DNA of 64,000 nucleotides from Auanema rhodensis (lineage: Eukaryota > Animalia > Nematoda): assembly GCA_964057225.1 (NCBI GenBank), contig OZ059898.1, positions 2,604,001 through 2,668,000 of the forward strand, in the 5' to 3' direction. The notes below the pieces were generated by a model. It made no database searches, was not told where the DNA came from, and saw only the letters and a list, made by a program, of their open reading frames with translations. Shown one piece after another: positions 12,301 through 28,000 of the stretch. The position numbers were made by a program, and so were the translations under genes. Numbering within the stretch: the stretch's first letter is position 1; every line of letters starts with the position of its first letter.

Positions 12301-15300
12301 TCATTTTTCAAACGGTCATAACTAATTCTTGTATCAAGCGTTTCTTAATGTAGTATAGTGCATTCGATCCGGATTTTTAAGCTGCGTCAATCTGTGTTAT
12401 CAGATTTGCGCTAGCTTAAAAATGCACCGAGATATCAACTGATATAAGTTCACACTTATATCCTCGATTTTCACCCTGAAGAAATAATTTTTTCGTTGAA
12501 TAACATTGTCCATCGTCTTTGCCTTGAAAAAAGGAATCTAAAAACATCTACTTTTTGCTAAATTATTTTGAAATTTTTCGAAAAAATTTTTGTCAAAATG
12601 TTTTTGGAAGCAATGTTGAGTGTACATGGAAACTCAACATACACTAATGCATCATTTTTCAAAAGATCATAACTAATTTTTGTATCAAGCGTTTCTCAAT
12701 GTAGTATAGTGCATTCGATGCGGATTTTTAAGCTGCGTCGATCTGTGTTATCAGATTTGCGCTAGCTTAAAAATGCACCGAGATATCAACTGATATAAGT
12801 TCACACTTATATCCTCGATTTTCACCCTGAAGAATTAATTTTTTCGTTGAATAACATTGTCCATCGTCTTTGCCTTGAAAAAAGGAATCTAAAAACATCT
12901 ACTTTTTGCTAAATTATTTTGAAATTTTTCGAAAAAATTTTTGTCAAAATGTTTTTGGAAGCAATGTTGAGTGTACATGGAAACTCAACATACACTAATG
13001 CATCATTTTTCAAAAGATCATAACTAATTTTTGTATCAAGCGTTTCTCAATGTAGTATAGTGCATTCGATGCGGATTTTTAAGCTGCGTCGATCTGTGTT
13101 ATCAGATTTGCGCTAGCTTAAAAATGCACCGAGATATCAACTGATATAAGTTCACACTTATATCCTCGATTTTCACCCTGAAGAATTAATTTTTTCGTTG
13201 AATAACATTGTCCATCGTCTTTGCCTTGAAAAATGGAATCTTAAAACATCTACTTTTTGCTAAATTATTTTGAAATTTTTCGAAAAAATTTTTGTCAAAA
13301 TGTTTTTGGAAGCAATGTTGAGTGTACATGGAAACTCAACATACACTAATGCATCATTTTTCAAACGATCATAACTAATTTTTGTATCAAGTGTTTCTCA
13401 ATGTAATATAGTGCATTCGATGCGGATTTTTAAGCTGCGTCGATCTGTGTTATCAGATTTGCGCTAGCTTAAAAATGCACCGAGATATCAACTGATATAA
13501 GTTCACACTTATATCCTCGATTTTCACCCTGAAGAATTAATTTTTTCGTTGAATAACATTGTCCATCGTCTTTGCCTTGAAAAATGGAATCTAAAAACAT
13601 CTACTTTTTGCTAAATTATTTTGAAATTTTTCGAAACAATTTTTGTCAAAATGTTTTTGGAAGCAATGTTGAGTGTACATGGAAACTCAACATACACTAA
13701 TGCATCATTTTTCAAACGATCATAACTAATTTTTGTATCAAGCGTTTTTCAATGTAGTATAGTGCATTCGATGCGGATTTTTAAGCTGCGTCGATCTGTG
13801 TTATCAGATTTGCGCTAGCTTAAAAATGCACCGAGATATCAACTGATATAAGTTCACACTTATATCCTCGATTTTCACCCTGAAGAAATAATTTTTTCGT
13901 TGAATATTATTGTCCATCGTCTTTGCCTTGAAAAAAGGAATCTAAAAACATCTACTTTTTCCTAAATTATTTTGAAATTTTTCGAAAAAATTTTTGTCAA
14001 AATGTTTTTGGAAGCAATGTTGAGTGTACATGGAAACTCAACATACACTAATGCATCATTTTTCAAAAGATCATAACTAATTTTTGTATCAAGCTTTTCT
14101 CAATGTAGTATAGTGCATTCGATGCGGATTTTTAAGCTGCGTCGATCTGTGTTATCAGATTTGCGCTAGCTTAAAAATGCACCGAGATATCAACTGATAT
14201 AAATTCACACTTATATCCTCGATTTTCACCCTGAAGAATTAATTTTTTCGTTGAATAACATTGTCCATCGTCTTTGCCTTGAAAAATGGAATCTTAAAAC
14301 ATCTACTTTTTGCTAAATTATCTTGAAATTTTTCGAAAAAATTTTTGTCAAAATGTTTTTGGAAGCAATGTTGAGTGTACATGGAAACTCAACATACACT
14401 AATGCATCATTTTTCAAAAGATCATAACTAATTTTTGTATCAAGCGTTTCTCAATGTAGTATAGTGCATTCGATGCGGATTTTTAAGCTGCGTCGATCTG
14501 TGTTATCAGATTTGCGCTAGCTTAAAAATGCACCGAGATATCAACTGATATAAGTTCACACTTATATCCTCGATTTTCACCCTGAAGAATTAATTTTTTC
14601 GTTGAATAACATTGTCCATCGTCTTTGCCTTGAAAAAAGGAATCTAAAAACATCTACTTTTTGCTAAATTATTTTGAAATTTTTCGAAAAAATTTTTGTC
14701 AAAATGTTTTTGGAAGCAATGTTGAGTGTACATGGAAACTCAACATACACTAATGCATCATTTTTCAAAAGATCATAACTAATTTTTGTATCAAGCGTTT
14801 CTCAATGTAGTATAGTGCATTCGATGCGGATTTTTAAGCTGCGTCGATCTGTGTTATCAGATTTGCGCTAGCTTAAAAATGCACCGAGATATCAACTGAT
14901 ATAAGTTCACACTTATATCCTCGATTTTCACCCTGAAGAATTAATTTTTTCGTTGAATAACATTGTCCATCGTCTTTGCCTTGAAAAATGGAATCTAAAA
15001 ACATCTACTTTTTGCTAAATTATTTTGAAATTTTTCGAAACAATTTTTGTCAAAATGTTTTTGGAAGCAATGTTGAGTGTACATGGAAACTCAACATACA
15101 CTAATGCATCATTTTTCAAACGATCATAACTAATTTTTGTATCAAGCGTTTTTCAATGTAGTATAGTGCATTCGATGCGGATTTTTAAGCTGCGTCGATC
15201 TGTGTTATCAGATTTGCGCTAGCTTAAAAATGCACCGAGATATCAACTGATATAAGTTCACACTTATATCCTCGATTTTCACCCTGAAGAAATAATTTTT

Positions 15301-16094
15301 TCGTTGAATATTATTGTCCATCGTCTTTGCCTTGAAAAAAGGAATCTAAAAACATCTACTTTTTCCTAAATTATTTTGAAATTTTTCGAAAAAATTTTTG
15401 TCAAAATGTTTTTGGAAGCAATGTTGAGTGTACATGGAAACTCAACATACACTAATGCATCATTTTTCAAAAGATCATAACTAATTTTTGTATCAAGCTT
15501 TTCTCAATGTAGTATAGTGCATTCGATGCGGATTTTTAAGCTGCGTCGATCTGTGTTATCAGATTTGCGCTAGCTTAAAAATGCACCGAGATATCAACTG
15601 ATATAAATTCACACTTATATCCTCGATTTTCACCCTGAAGAATTAATTTTTTCGTTGAATAACATTGTCCATCGTCTTTGCCTTGAAAAATGGAATCTTA
15701 AAACATCTACTTTTTGCTAAATTATCTTGAAATTTTTCGAAAAAATTTTTGTCAAAATGTTTTTGGAAGCAATGTTGAGTGTACATGGAAACTCAACATA
15801 CACTAATGCATCATTTTTCAAAAGATCATAACTAATTTTTGTATCAAGCGTTTCTCAATGTAGTATAGTGCATTCGATGCGGATTTTTAAGCTGCGTCGA
15901 TCTGTGTTATCAGATTTGCGCTAGCTTAAAAATGCACCGAGATATCAACTGATATAAGTTCACACTTATATCCTCGATTTTCACCCTGAAGAATTAATTT
16001 TTTCGTTGAATAACATTGTCCATCGTCTTTGCCTTGAAAAAAGGAATCTAAAAACATCTACTTTTTGCTAAATTATTTTGAAATTTTTCGAAAA

Positions 16095-19000
16095 AATTTT
16101 TGTCAAAATGTTTTTGGAAGCAATGTTGAGTGTACATGGAAACTCAACATACACTAATGCATCATTTTTCAAAAGATCATAACTAATTTTTGTATCAAGC
16201 GTTTCTCAATGTAGTATAGTGCATTCGATGCGGATTTTTAAGCTGCGTCGATCTGTGTTATCAGATTTGCGCTAGCTTAAAAATGCACCGAGATATCAAC
16301 TGATATAAGTTCACACTTATATCCTCGATTTTCACCCTGAAGAATTAATTTTTTCGTTGAATAACATTGTCCATCGTCTTTGCCTTGAAAAATGGAATCT
16401 TAAAACATCTACTTTTTGCTAAATTATTTTGAAATTTTTCGAAAAAATTTTTGTCAAAATGTTTTTGGAAGCAATGTTGAGTGTACATGGAAACTCAACA
16501 TACACTAATGCATCATTTTTCAAACGATCATAACTAATTTTTGTATCAAGTGTTTCTCAATGTAATATAGTGCATTCGATGCGGATTTTTAAGCTGCGTC
16601 GATCTGTGTTATCAGATTTGCGCTAGCTTAAAAATGCACCGAGATATCAACTGATATAAGTTCACACTTATATCCTCGATTTTCACCCTGAAGAATTAAT
16701 TTTTTCGTTGAATAACATTGTCCATCGTCTTTGCCTTGAAAAATGGAATCTAAAAACATCTACTTTTTGCTAAATTATTTTGAAATTTTTCGAAACAATT
16801 TTTGTCAAAATGTTTTTGGAAGCAATGTTGAGTGTACATGGAAACTCAACATACACTAATGCATCATTTTTCAAACGATCATAACTAATTTTTGTATCAA
16901 GCGTTTTTCAATGTAGTATAGTGCATTCGATGCGGATTTTTAAGCTGCGTCGATCTGTGTTATCAGATTTGCGCTAGCTTAAAAATGCACCGAGATATCA
17001 ACTGATATAAGTTCACACTTATATCCTCGATTTTCACCCTGAAGAAATAATTTTTTCGTTGAATATTATTGTCCATCGTCTTTGCCTTGAAAAAAGGAAT
17101 CTAAAAACATCTACTTTTTCCTAAATTATTTTGAAATTTTTCGAAAAAATTTTTGTCAAAATGTTTTTGGAAGCAATGTTGAGTGTACATGGAAACTCAA
17201 CATACACTAATGCATCATTTTTCAAAAGATCATAACTAATTTTTGTATCAAGCTTTTCTCAATGTAGTATAGTGCATTCGATGCGGATTTTTAAGCTGCG
17301 TCGATCTGTGTTATCAGATTTGCGCTAGCTTAAAAATGCACCGAGATATCAACTGATATAAATTCACACTTATATCCTCGATTTTCACCCTGAAGAATTA
17401 ATTTTTTCGTTGAATAACATTGTCCATCGTCTTTGCCTTGAAAAATGGAATCTTAAAACATCTACTTTTTGCTAAATTATCTTGAAATTTTTCGAAAAAA
17501 TTTTTGTCAAAATGTTTTTGGAAGCAATGTTGAGTGTACATGGAAACTCAACATACACTAATGCATCATTTTTCAAACGATCATAACTAATTTTTGTATC
17601 AAGTGTTTCTCAATGTAATATAGTGCATTCGATGCGGATTTTTAAGCTGCGTCGATCTGTGTTATCAGATTTGCGCTAGCTTAAAAATGCACCGAGATAT
17701 CAACTGATATAAGTTCACACTTATATCCTCGATTTTCACCCTGAAGAATTAATTTTTTCGTTGAATAACATTGTCCATCGTCTTTGCCTTGAAAAATGGA
17801 ATCTAAAAACATCTACTTTTTGCTAAATTATTTTGAAATTTTTCGAAACAATTTTTGTCAAAATGTTTTTGGAAGCAATGTTGAGTGTACATGGAAACTC
17901 AACATACACTAATGCATCATTTTTCAAACGGTCATAACTAATTCTTGTATCAAGCGTTTCTTAATGTAGTATAGTGCATTCGATCCGGATTTTTAAGCTG
18001 CGTCAATCTGTGTTATCAGATTTGCGCTAGCTTAAAAATGCACCGAGATATCAACTGATATAAGTTCACACTTATATCCTCGATTTTCACCCTGAAGAAA
18101 TAATTTTTTCGTTGAATAACATTGTCCATCGTCTTTGCCTTGAAAAAAGGAATCTAAAAACATCTACTTTTTGCTAAATTATTTTGAAATTTTTCGAAAA
18201 AATTTTTGTCAAAATGTTTTTGGAAGCAATGTTGAGTGTACATGGAAACTCAACATACACTAATGCATCATTTTTCAAAAGATCATAACTAATTTTTGTA
18301 TCAAGCGTTTCTCAATGTAGTATAGTGCATTCGATGCGGATTTTTAAGCTGCGTCGATCTGTGTTATCAGATTTGCGCTAGCTTAAAAATGCACCGAGAT
18401 ATCAACTGATATAAGTTCACACTTATATCCTCGATTTTCACCCTGAAGAATTAATTTTTTCGTTGAATAACATTGTCCATCGTCTTTGCCTTGAAAAAAG
18501 GAATCTAAAAACATCTACTTTTTGCTAAATTATTTTGAAATTTTTCGAAAAAATTTTTGTCAAAATGTTTTTGGAAGCAATGTTGAGTGTACATGGAAAC
18601 TCAACATACACTAATGCATCATTTTTCAAAAGATCATAACTAATTTTTGTATCAAGCGTTTCTCAATGTAGTATAGTGCATTCGATGCGGATTTTTAAGC
18701 TGCGTCGATCTGTGTTATCAGATTTGCGCTAGCTTAAAAATGCACCGAGATATCAACTGATATAAGTTCACACTTATATCCTCGATTTTCACCCTGAAGA
18801 ATTAATTTTTTCGTTGAATAACATTGTCCATCGTCTTTGCCTTGAAAAATGGAATCTAAAAACATCTACTTTTTGCTAAATTATTTTGAAATTTTTCGAA
18901 AAAATTTTTGTCAAAATGTTTTTGGAAGCAATGTTGAGTGTACATGGAAACTCAACATACACTAATGCATCATTTTTCTAACGATCATAACTAATTTTTG

Positions 19001-22000
19001 TATTAAGCTTTTCTCAATGTAGTATAGTGCATTCGATGCGGATTTTTAAGCTGCGTCGATCTGTGTTATCAGATTTGCGCTAGCTTAAAAATGCACCGAG
19101 ATATCAACTGATATAAGTTCACACTTATATCCTCGATTTTCACCCTGAAGAATTAATTTTTTCGTTGAATAACATTGTCCATCGTCTTTGCCTTGAAAAA
19201 TGGAATCTTAAAACATCTACTTTTTGCTAAATTATTTTGAAATTTTTCGAAAAAATTTTTGTCAAAATGTTTTTGGAAGCAATGTTGAGTGTACATGGAA
19301 ACTCAACATACACTAATGCATCATTTTTCAAACGATCATAACTAATTTTTGTATCAAGTGTTTCTCAATGTAATATAGTGCATTCGATGCGGATTTTTAA
19401 GCTGCGTCGATCTGTGTTATCAGATTTGCGCTAGCTTAAAAATGCACCGAGATATCAACTGATATAAGTTCACACTTATATCCTCGATTTTCACCCTGAA
19501 GAATTAATTTTTTCGTTGAATAACATTGTCCATCGTCTTTGCCTTGAAAAATGGAATCTAAAAACATCTACTTTTTGCTAAATTATTTTGAAATTTTTCG
19601 AAAAAATTTTTGTCAAAATGTTTTTGGAAGCAATGTTGAGTGTACATGGAAACTCAACATACACTAATGCATCATTTTTCTAACGATCATAACTAATTTT
19701 TGTATTAAGCTTTTCTCAATGTAGTATAGTGCATTCGATGCGGATTTTTAAGCTGCGTCGATCTGTGTTATCAGATTTGCGCTAGCTTAAAAATGCACCG
19801 AGATATCAACTGATATAAGTTCACACTTATATCCTCGATTTTCACCCTGAAGAATTAATTTTTTCGTTGAATAACATTGTCCATCGTCTTTGCCTTGAAA
19901 AATGGAATCTTAAAACATCTACTTTTTGCTAAATTATTTTGAAATTTTTCGAAAAAATTTTTGTCAAAATGTTTTTGGAAGCAATGTTGAGTGTACATGG
20001 AAACTCAACATACACTAATGCATCATTTTTCAAACGATCATAACTAATTTTTGTATCAAGTGTTTCTCAATGTAATATAGTGCATTCGATGCGGATTTTT
20101 AAGCTGCGTCGATCTGTGTTATCAGATTTGCGCTAGCTTAAAAATGCACCGAGATATCAACTGATATAAGTTCACACTTATATCCTCGATTTTCACCCTG
20201 AAGAATTAATTTTTTCGTTGAATAACATTGTCCATCGTCTTTGCCTTGAAAAATGGAATCTAAAAACATCTACTTTTTGCTAAATTATTTTGAAATTTTT
20301 CGAAACAATTTTTGTCAAAATGTTTTTGGAAGCAATGTTGAGTGTACATGGAAACTCAACATACACTAATGCATCATTTTTCAAACGGTCATAACTAATT
20401 CTTGTATCAAGCGTTTCTTAATGTAGTATAGTGCATTCGATCCGGATTTTTAAGCTGCGTCAATCTGTGTTATCAGATTTGCGCTAGCTTAAAAATGCAC
20501 CGAGATATCAACTGATATAAGTTCACACTTATATCCTCGATTTTCACCCTGAAGAATTAATTTTTTCGTTGAATAACATTGTCCATCGTCTTTGCCTTGA
20601 AAAATGGAATCTAAAAACATCTACTTTTTGCTAAATTATTTTGAAATTTTTCGAAACAATTTTTGTCAAAATGTTTTTGGAAGCAATGTTGAGTATACAT
20701 GGAAACTCAACATACACTAATGCATCATTTTTCTAACGATCATAACTAATTTTTGTATTAAGCTTTTCTCAATGTAGTATAGTGCATTCGATGCAGATTT
20801 TTAAGCTGCGTCGATCTGTGTTATCAGATTTGCGCTAGCTTAAAAATGCACCGAGATATCAACTGATATAAGTTCACACTTATATCCTCGATTTTCACCC
20901 TGAAGAATTAATTTTTTCGTTGAATAACATTGTCCATCGTCTTTGCCTTGAAAAATCGAATCTAAAAACATCTACTTTTTGCTAAATTATTCTGAAATTT
21001 TTCGAAACAATTTTTGTCAAAATGTTTTTGGAAGCAATGTTAAGTGTACATGGAAACTCAACATACACTAATGCATCATTTTTCAAACGATCATAACTAA
21101 TTTTTGTATCAAGCGTTTCTTAATGTAGTATAGTGCATTCGATGCGGATTTTTAAGCTGCGTCGATCTGTGTTATCAGATTTGCGCTAGCTTAAAAATGC
21201 ACCGAGATATCAACTGATATAAGTTCACACTTATATCCTCGATTTTCACCCTGAAGAAATAATTTTTTCGTTGAATAACATTGTCCATCGTCTTTGCCTT
21301 GAAAAAAGGAATCTAAAAACATTTAATTTTTGCTGAATTATTTTGAAATTTTTCGAAAAAATTTTTGTCAAAATGTTTTTGGAAGCAATGTTGAGTGTAC
21401 ATGGAAACTCAACATACACTAATGCATCATTTTTCAAACGATCATAACTAATTTTTGTATCAAGCGTTTTTCAATGTAGTATAGTGCATTCGATGCGGAT
21501 TTTTAAGCTGCGTCGATCTGTGTTATCAGATTTGCGCTAGCTTAAAAATGCACCGAGATATCAACTGATATAAAATCACACTTATATCCTCGATTTTCAC
21601 CCTGAAGAAATAATTTTTTCGTTGAATATTATTGTCCATCGTCTTTGACTTGAAAAAAGGAATCTAAAAACATCTACTTTTTGCTAAATTATTTTGAAAT
21701 TTTTCGAAAAAATTTTTGTCAAAATGTTTTTGGAAGCAATGTTGAGTGTACATGGAAACTCAACATACACTAATGCATCATTTTTCAAACGATCATAACT
21801 AATTTTTGTATCAAGCGTTTCTCAATGTAGTATAGTGCATTCGATGCGGATTTTTAAGCTGCGTCGATCTGTGTTATCAGATTTGCGCTAGCTTAAAAAT
21901 GCACCGAGATATCAACTGATATAAGTTCACACTTATATCCTCGATTTTCACCCTGAAGAAATAATTTTTTCGTTGAATAACATTGTCAATCGTCTTTGCC

Positions 22001-25000
22001 TTGAAAAAAGGAATCTAAAAACATCTACTTTTTGCTAAATTATTTTGAAATTTTTCGAAAAAATTTTTGTCAAAATGTTTTTGGAAGCAATGTTGAGTGT
22101 ACATGGAAACTCAACATACACTAATGCATCATTTTTCTAACGATCATAACTAATTTTTGTATTAAGCTTTTCTCAATGTAGTATAGTGCATTCGATGCGG
22201 ATTTTTAAGCTGCGTCGATCTGTGTTATCAGATTTGCGCTAGCTTAAAAATGCACCGAGATATCAACTGATATAAGTTCACACTTATATCCTCGATTTTC
22301 ACCCTGAAGAATTAATTTTTTCGTTGAATAACATTGTCCATCGTCTTTGCCTTGAAAAATGGAATCTTAAAACATCTACTTTTTGCTAAATTACTTTGAA
22401 ATTTTTCGAAAAAATTTTTGTCAAAATGTTTTTGGAAGCAATGTTGAGTGTACATGGAAACTCAACATACACTAATGCATCATTTTTCAAACGATCATAA
22501 CTAATTTTTGTATCAAGTGTTTCTCAATGTAATATAGTGCATTCGATGCGGATTTTTAAGCTGCGTCGATCTGTGTTATCAGATTTGCGCTAGCTTAAAA
22601 ATGCACCGAGATATCAACTGATATAAGTTCACACTTATATCCTCGATTTTCACCCTGAAGAATTAATTTTTTCGTTGAAAAACATTGTCCATCGTCTTTG
22701 CCTTGAAAAATGGAATCTAAAAACATCTACTTTTTGCTAAATTATTTTGAAATTTTTCGAAACAATTTTTGTCAAAATTTTTTGGAAGCAATGTTGAGTG
22801 TACATGGAAACTCAACATACACTAATGCATCATTTTTCAAACGGTCATAACTAATTCTTGTATCAAGCGTTTCTTAATGTAGTATAGTGCATTCGATCCG
22901 GATTTTTAAGCTGCGTCAATCTGTGTTATCAGATTTGCGCTAGCTTAAAAATGCACCGAGATATCAACTGATATAAGTTCACACTTATATCCTCGATTTT
23001 CACCCTGAAGAAATAATTTTTTCGTTGAATAACATTGTCCATCGTCTTTGCCTTGAAAAAAGGAATCTAAAAACATCTACTTTTCGCTAAATTATTTTGA
23101 AATTTTTCGAAAAAATTTTTGTCAAAATGTTTTTGGAAGCAATGTTGAGTGTACATGGAAACTCAACATACACTAATGCATCATTTTTCTAACGATCATA
23201 ACTAATTTTTGTATTAAGCTTTTCTCAATGTAGTATAGTGCATTCGATGCGGATTTTTGAGCTGCGTCGATCTGTGTTATCAGATTTGCGCTAGCTTAAA
23301 AATGCACCGAGATATCAACTGATATAAGTTCACACTTATATCCTCGATTTTCACCCTGAAGAATTAATTTTTTCGTTGAATAACATTGTCCATCGTCTTT
23401 GCCTTGAAAAATGGAATTTTAAAACATCTACTTTTTGCTAAATTATTTTGAAATTTTTCGAAACAATTTTTGTCAAAATGTTTTTGGAAGCAATGTTGAG
23501 TGTACATGGAAACTCAACATACACTAATGCATCATTTTTCAAAAGATCATAACTAATTTTTGTATCAAGCGTTTCTCAATGTAGTATAGTGCATTCGATG
23601 CGGATTTTTAAGCTGCGTCGATCTGTGTTATCAGATTTGCGCTAGCTTAAAAATGCACCGAGATATCAACTGATATAAGTTCACACTTATATCCTCGATT
23701 TTCACCCTGAAGAATTAATTTTTTCGTTGAATAACATTGTCCATCGTCTTTGCCTTGAAAAATGGAATCTTAAAACATCTACTTTTTGCTAAATTATTTT
23801 GAAATTTTTCGAAAAAATTTTTGTCAAAATGTTTTTGGAAGCAATGTTGAGTGTACATGGAAACTCAACATACACTAATGCATCATTTTTCAAACGATCA
23901 TAACTAATTTTTGTATCAAGTGTTTCTCAATGTAATATAGTGCATTCGATGCGGATTTTTAAGCTGCGTCGATCTGTGTTATCAGATTTGCGCTAGCTTA
24001 AAAATGCACCGAGATATCAACTGATATAAGTTCACACTTATATCCTCGATTTTCACCCTGAAGAATTAATTTTTTCGTTGAATAACATTGTCCATCGTCT
24101 TTGCCTTGAAAAATGGAATCTAAAAACATCTACTTTTTGCTAAATTATTTTGAAATTTTTCGAAACAATTTTTGTCAAAATGTTTTTGGAAGCAATGTTG
24201 AGTGTACATGGAAACTCAACATACACTAATGCATCATTTTTCAAACGATCATAACTAATTTTTGTATCAAGCGTTTTTCAATGTAGTATAGTGCATTCGA
24301 TGCGGATTTTTAAGCTGCGTCGATCTGTGTTATCAGATTTGCGCTAGCTTAAAAATGCACCGAGATATCAACTGATATAAGTTCACACTTATATCCTCGA
24401 TTTTCACCCTGAAGAAATAATTTTTTCGTTGAATATTATTGTCCATCGTCTTTGCCTTGAAAAAAGGAATCTAAAAACATCTACTTTTTCCTAAATTATT
24501 TTGAAATTTTTCGAAAAAATTTTTGTCAAAATGTTTTTGGAAGCAATGTTGAGTGTACATGGAAACTCAACATACACTAATGCATCATTTTTCAAAAGAT
24601 CATAACTAATTTTTGTATCAAGCTTTTCTCAATGTAGTATAGTGCATTCGATGCGGATTTTTAAGCTGCGTCGATCTGTGTTATCAGATTTGCGCTAGCT
24701 TAAAAATGCACCGAGATATCAACTGATATAAATTCACACTTATATCCTCGATTTTCACCCTGAAGAATTAATTTTTTCGTTGAATAACATTGTCCATCGT
24801 CTTTGCCTTGAAAAATGGAATCTTAAAACATCTACTTTTTGCTAAATTATCTTGAAATTTTTCGAAAAAATTTTTGTCAAAATGTTTTTGGAAGCAATGT
24901 TGAGTGTACATGGAAACTCAACATACACTAATGCATCATTTTTCAAACGATCATAACTAATTTTTGTATCAAGTGTTTCTCAATGTAATATAGTGCATTC

Positions 25001-28000
25001 GATGCGGATTTTTAAGCTGCGTCGATCTGTGTTATCAGATTTGCGCTAGCTTAAAAATGCACCGAGATATCAACTGATATAAGTTCACACTTATATCCTC
25101 GATTTTCACCCTGAAGAATTAATTTTTTCGTTGAATAACATTGTCCATCGTCTTTGCCTTGAAAAATGGAATCTAAAAACATCTACTTTTTGCTAAATTA
25201 TTTTGAAATTTTTCGAAACAATTTTTGTCAAAATGTTTTTGGAAGCAATGTTGAGTGTACATGGAAACTCAACATACACTAATGCATCATTTTTCAAACG
25301 GTCATAACTAATTCTTGTATCAAGCGTTTCTTAATGTAGTATAGTGCATTCGATCCGGATTTTTAAGCTGCGTCAATCTGTGTTATCAGATTTGCGCTAG
25401 CTTAAAAATGCACCGAGATATCAACTGATATAAGTTCACACTTATATCCTCGATTTTCACCCTGAAGAAATAATTTTTTCGTTGAATAACATTGTCCATC
25501 GTCTTTGCCTTGAAAAAAGGAATCTAAAAACATCTACTTTTTGCTAAATTATTTTGAAATTTTTCGAAAAAATTTTTGTCAAAATGTTTTTGGAAGCAAT
25601 GTTGAGTGTACATGGAAACTCAACATACACTAATGCATCATTTTTCAAAAGATCATAACTAATTTTTGTATCAAGCGTTTCTCAATGTAGTATAGTGCAT
25701 TCGATGCGGATTTTTAAGCTGCGTCGATCTGTGTTATCAGATTTGCGCTAGCTTAAAAATGCACCGAGATATCAACTGATATAAGTTCACACTTATATCC
25801 TCGATTTTCACCCTGAAGAATTAATTTTTTCGTTGAATAACATTGTCCATCGTCTTTGCCTTGAAAAAAGGAATCTAAAAACATCTACTTTTTGCTAAAT
25901 TATTTTGAAATTTTTCGAAAAAATTTTTGTCAAAATGTTTTTGGAAGCAATGTTGAGTGTACATGGAAACTCAACATACACTAATGCATCATTTTTCAAA
26001 AGATCATAACTAATTTTTGTATCAAGCGTTTCTCAATGTAGTATAGTGCATTCGATGCGGATTTTTAAGCTGCGTCGATCTGTGTTATCAGATTTGCGCT
26101 AGCTTAAAAATGCACCGAGATATCAACTGATATAAGTTCACACTTATATCCTCGATTTTCACCCTGAAGAATTAATTTTTTCGTTGAATAACATTGTCCA
26201 TCGTCTTTGCCTTGAAAAATGGAATCTAAAAACATCTACTTTTTGCTAAATTATTTTGAAATTTTTCGAAAAAATTTTTGTCAAAATGTTTTTGGAAGCA
26301 ATGTTGAGTGTACATGGAAACTCAACATACACTAATGCATCATTTTTCTAACGATCATAACTAATTTTTGTATTAAGCTTTTCTCAATGTAGTATAGTGC
26401 ATTCGATGCGGATTTTTAAGCTGCGTCGATCTGTGTTATCAGATTTGCGCTAGCTTAAAAATGCACCGAGATATCAACTGATATAAGTTCACACTTATAT
26501 CCTCGATTTTCACCCTGAAGAATTAATTTTTTCGTTGAATAACATTGTCCATCGTCTTTGCCTTGAAAAATGGAATCTTAAAACATCTACTTTTTGCTAA
26601 ATTATTTTGAAATTTTTCGAAAAAATTTTTGTCAAAATGTTTTTGGAAGCAATGTTGAGTGTACATGGAAACTCAACATACACTAATGCATCATTTTTCA
26701 AACGATCATAACTAATTTTTGTATCAAGTGTTTCTCAATGTAATATAGTGCATTCGATGCGGATTTTTAAGCTGCGTCGATCTGTGTTATCAGATTTGCG
26801 CTAGCTTAAAAATGCACCGAGATATCAACTGATATAAGTTCACACTTATATCCTCGATTTTCACCCTGAAGAATTAATTTTTTCGTTGAATAACATTGTC
26901 CATCGTCTTTGCCTTGAAAAATGGAATCTAAAAACATCTACTTTTTGCTAAATTATTTTGAAATTTTTCGAAAAAATTTTTGTCAAAATGTTTTTGGAAG
27001 CAATGTTGAGTGTACATGGAAACTCAACATACACTAATGCATCATTTTTCTAACGATCATAACTAATTTTTGTATTAAGCTTTTCTCAATGTAGTATAGT
27101 GCATTCGATGCGGATTTTTAAGCTGCGTCGATCTGTGTTATCAGATTTGCGCTAGCTTAAAAATGCACCGAGATATCAACTGATATAAGTTCACACTTAT
27201 ATCCTCGATTTTCACCCTGAAGAATTAATTTTTTCGTTGAATAACATTGTCCATCGTCTTTGCCTTGAAAAATGGAATCTTAAAACATCTACTTTTTGCT
27301 AAATTATTTTGAAATTTTTCGAAAAAATTTTTGTCAAAATGTTTTTGGAAGCAATGTTGAGTGTACATGGAAACTCAACATACACTAATGCATCATTTTT
27401 CAAACGATCATAACTAATTTTTGTATCAAGTGTTTCTCAATGTAATATAGTGCATTCGATGCGGATTTTTAAGCTGCGTCGATCTGTGTTATCAGATTTG
27501 CGCTAGCTTAAAAATGCACCGAGATATCAACTGATATAAGTTCACACTTATATCCTCGATTTTCACCCTGAAGAATTAATTTTTTCGTTGAATAACATTG
27601 TCCATCGTCTTTGCCTTGAAAAATGGAATCTAAAAACATCTACTTTTTGCTAAATTATTTTGAAATTTTTCGAAACAATTTTTGTCAAAATGTTTTTGGA
27701 AGCAATGTTGAGTGTACATGGAAACTCAACATACACTAATGCATCATTTTTCAAACGGTCATAACTAATTCTTGTATCAAGCGTTTCTTAATGTAGTATA
27801 GTGCATTCGATCCGGATTTTTAAGCTGCGTCAATCTGTGTTATCAGATTTGCGCTAGCTTAAAAATGCACCGAGATATCAACTGATATAAGTTCACACTT
27901 ATATCCTCGATTTTCACCCTGAAGAATTAATTTTTTCGTTGAATAACATTGTCCATCGTCTTTGCCTTGAAAAATGGAATCTAAAAACATCTACTTTTTG

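Noticed and set aside
21246-21437. 63-aa minus-strand ORF (MKNDALVYVEF...)
   Set aside because: It lies entirely in satellite sequence and is open only because this variant (CATTTAATT, GCTGAA) removes stops present in other monomers. Sister monomers M18 and M25 have an extra in-frame TAG (GTCTAT). The K/F/I/N-rich composition reflects A/T tracts, and there is no recognisable domain.
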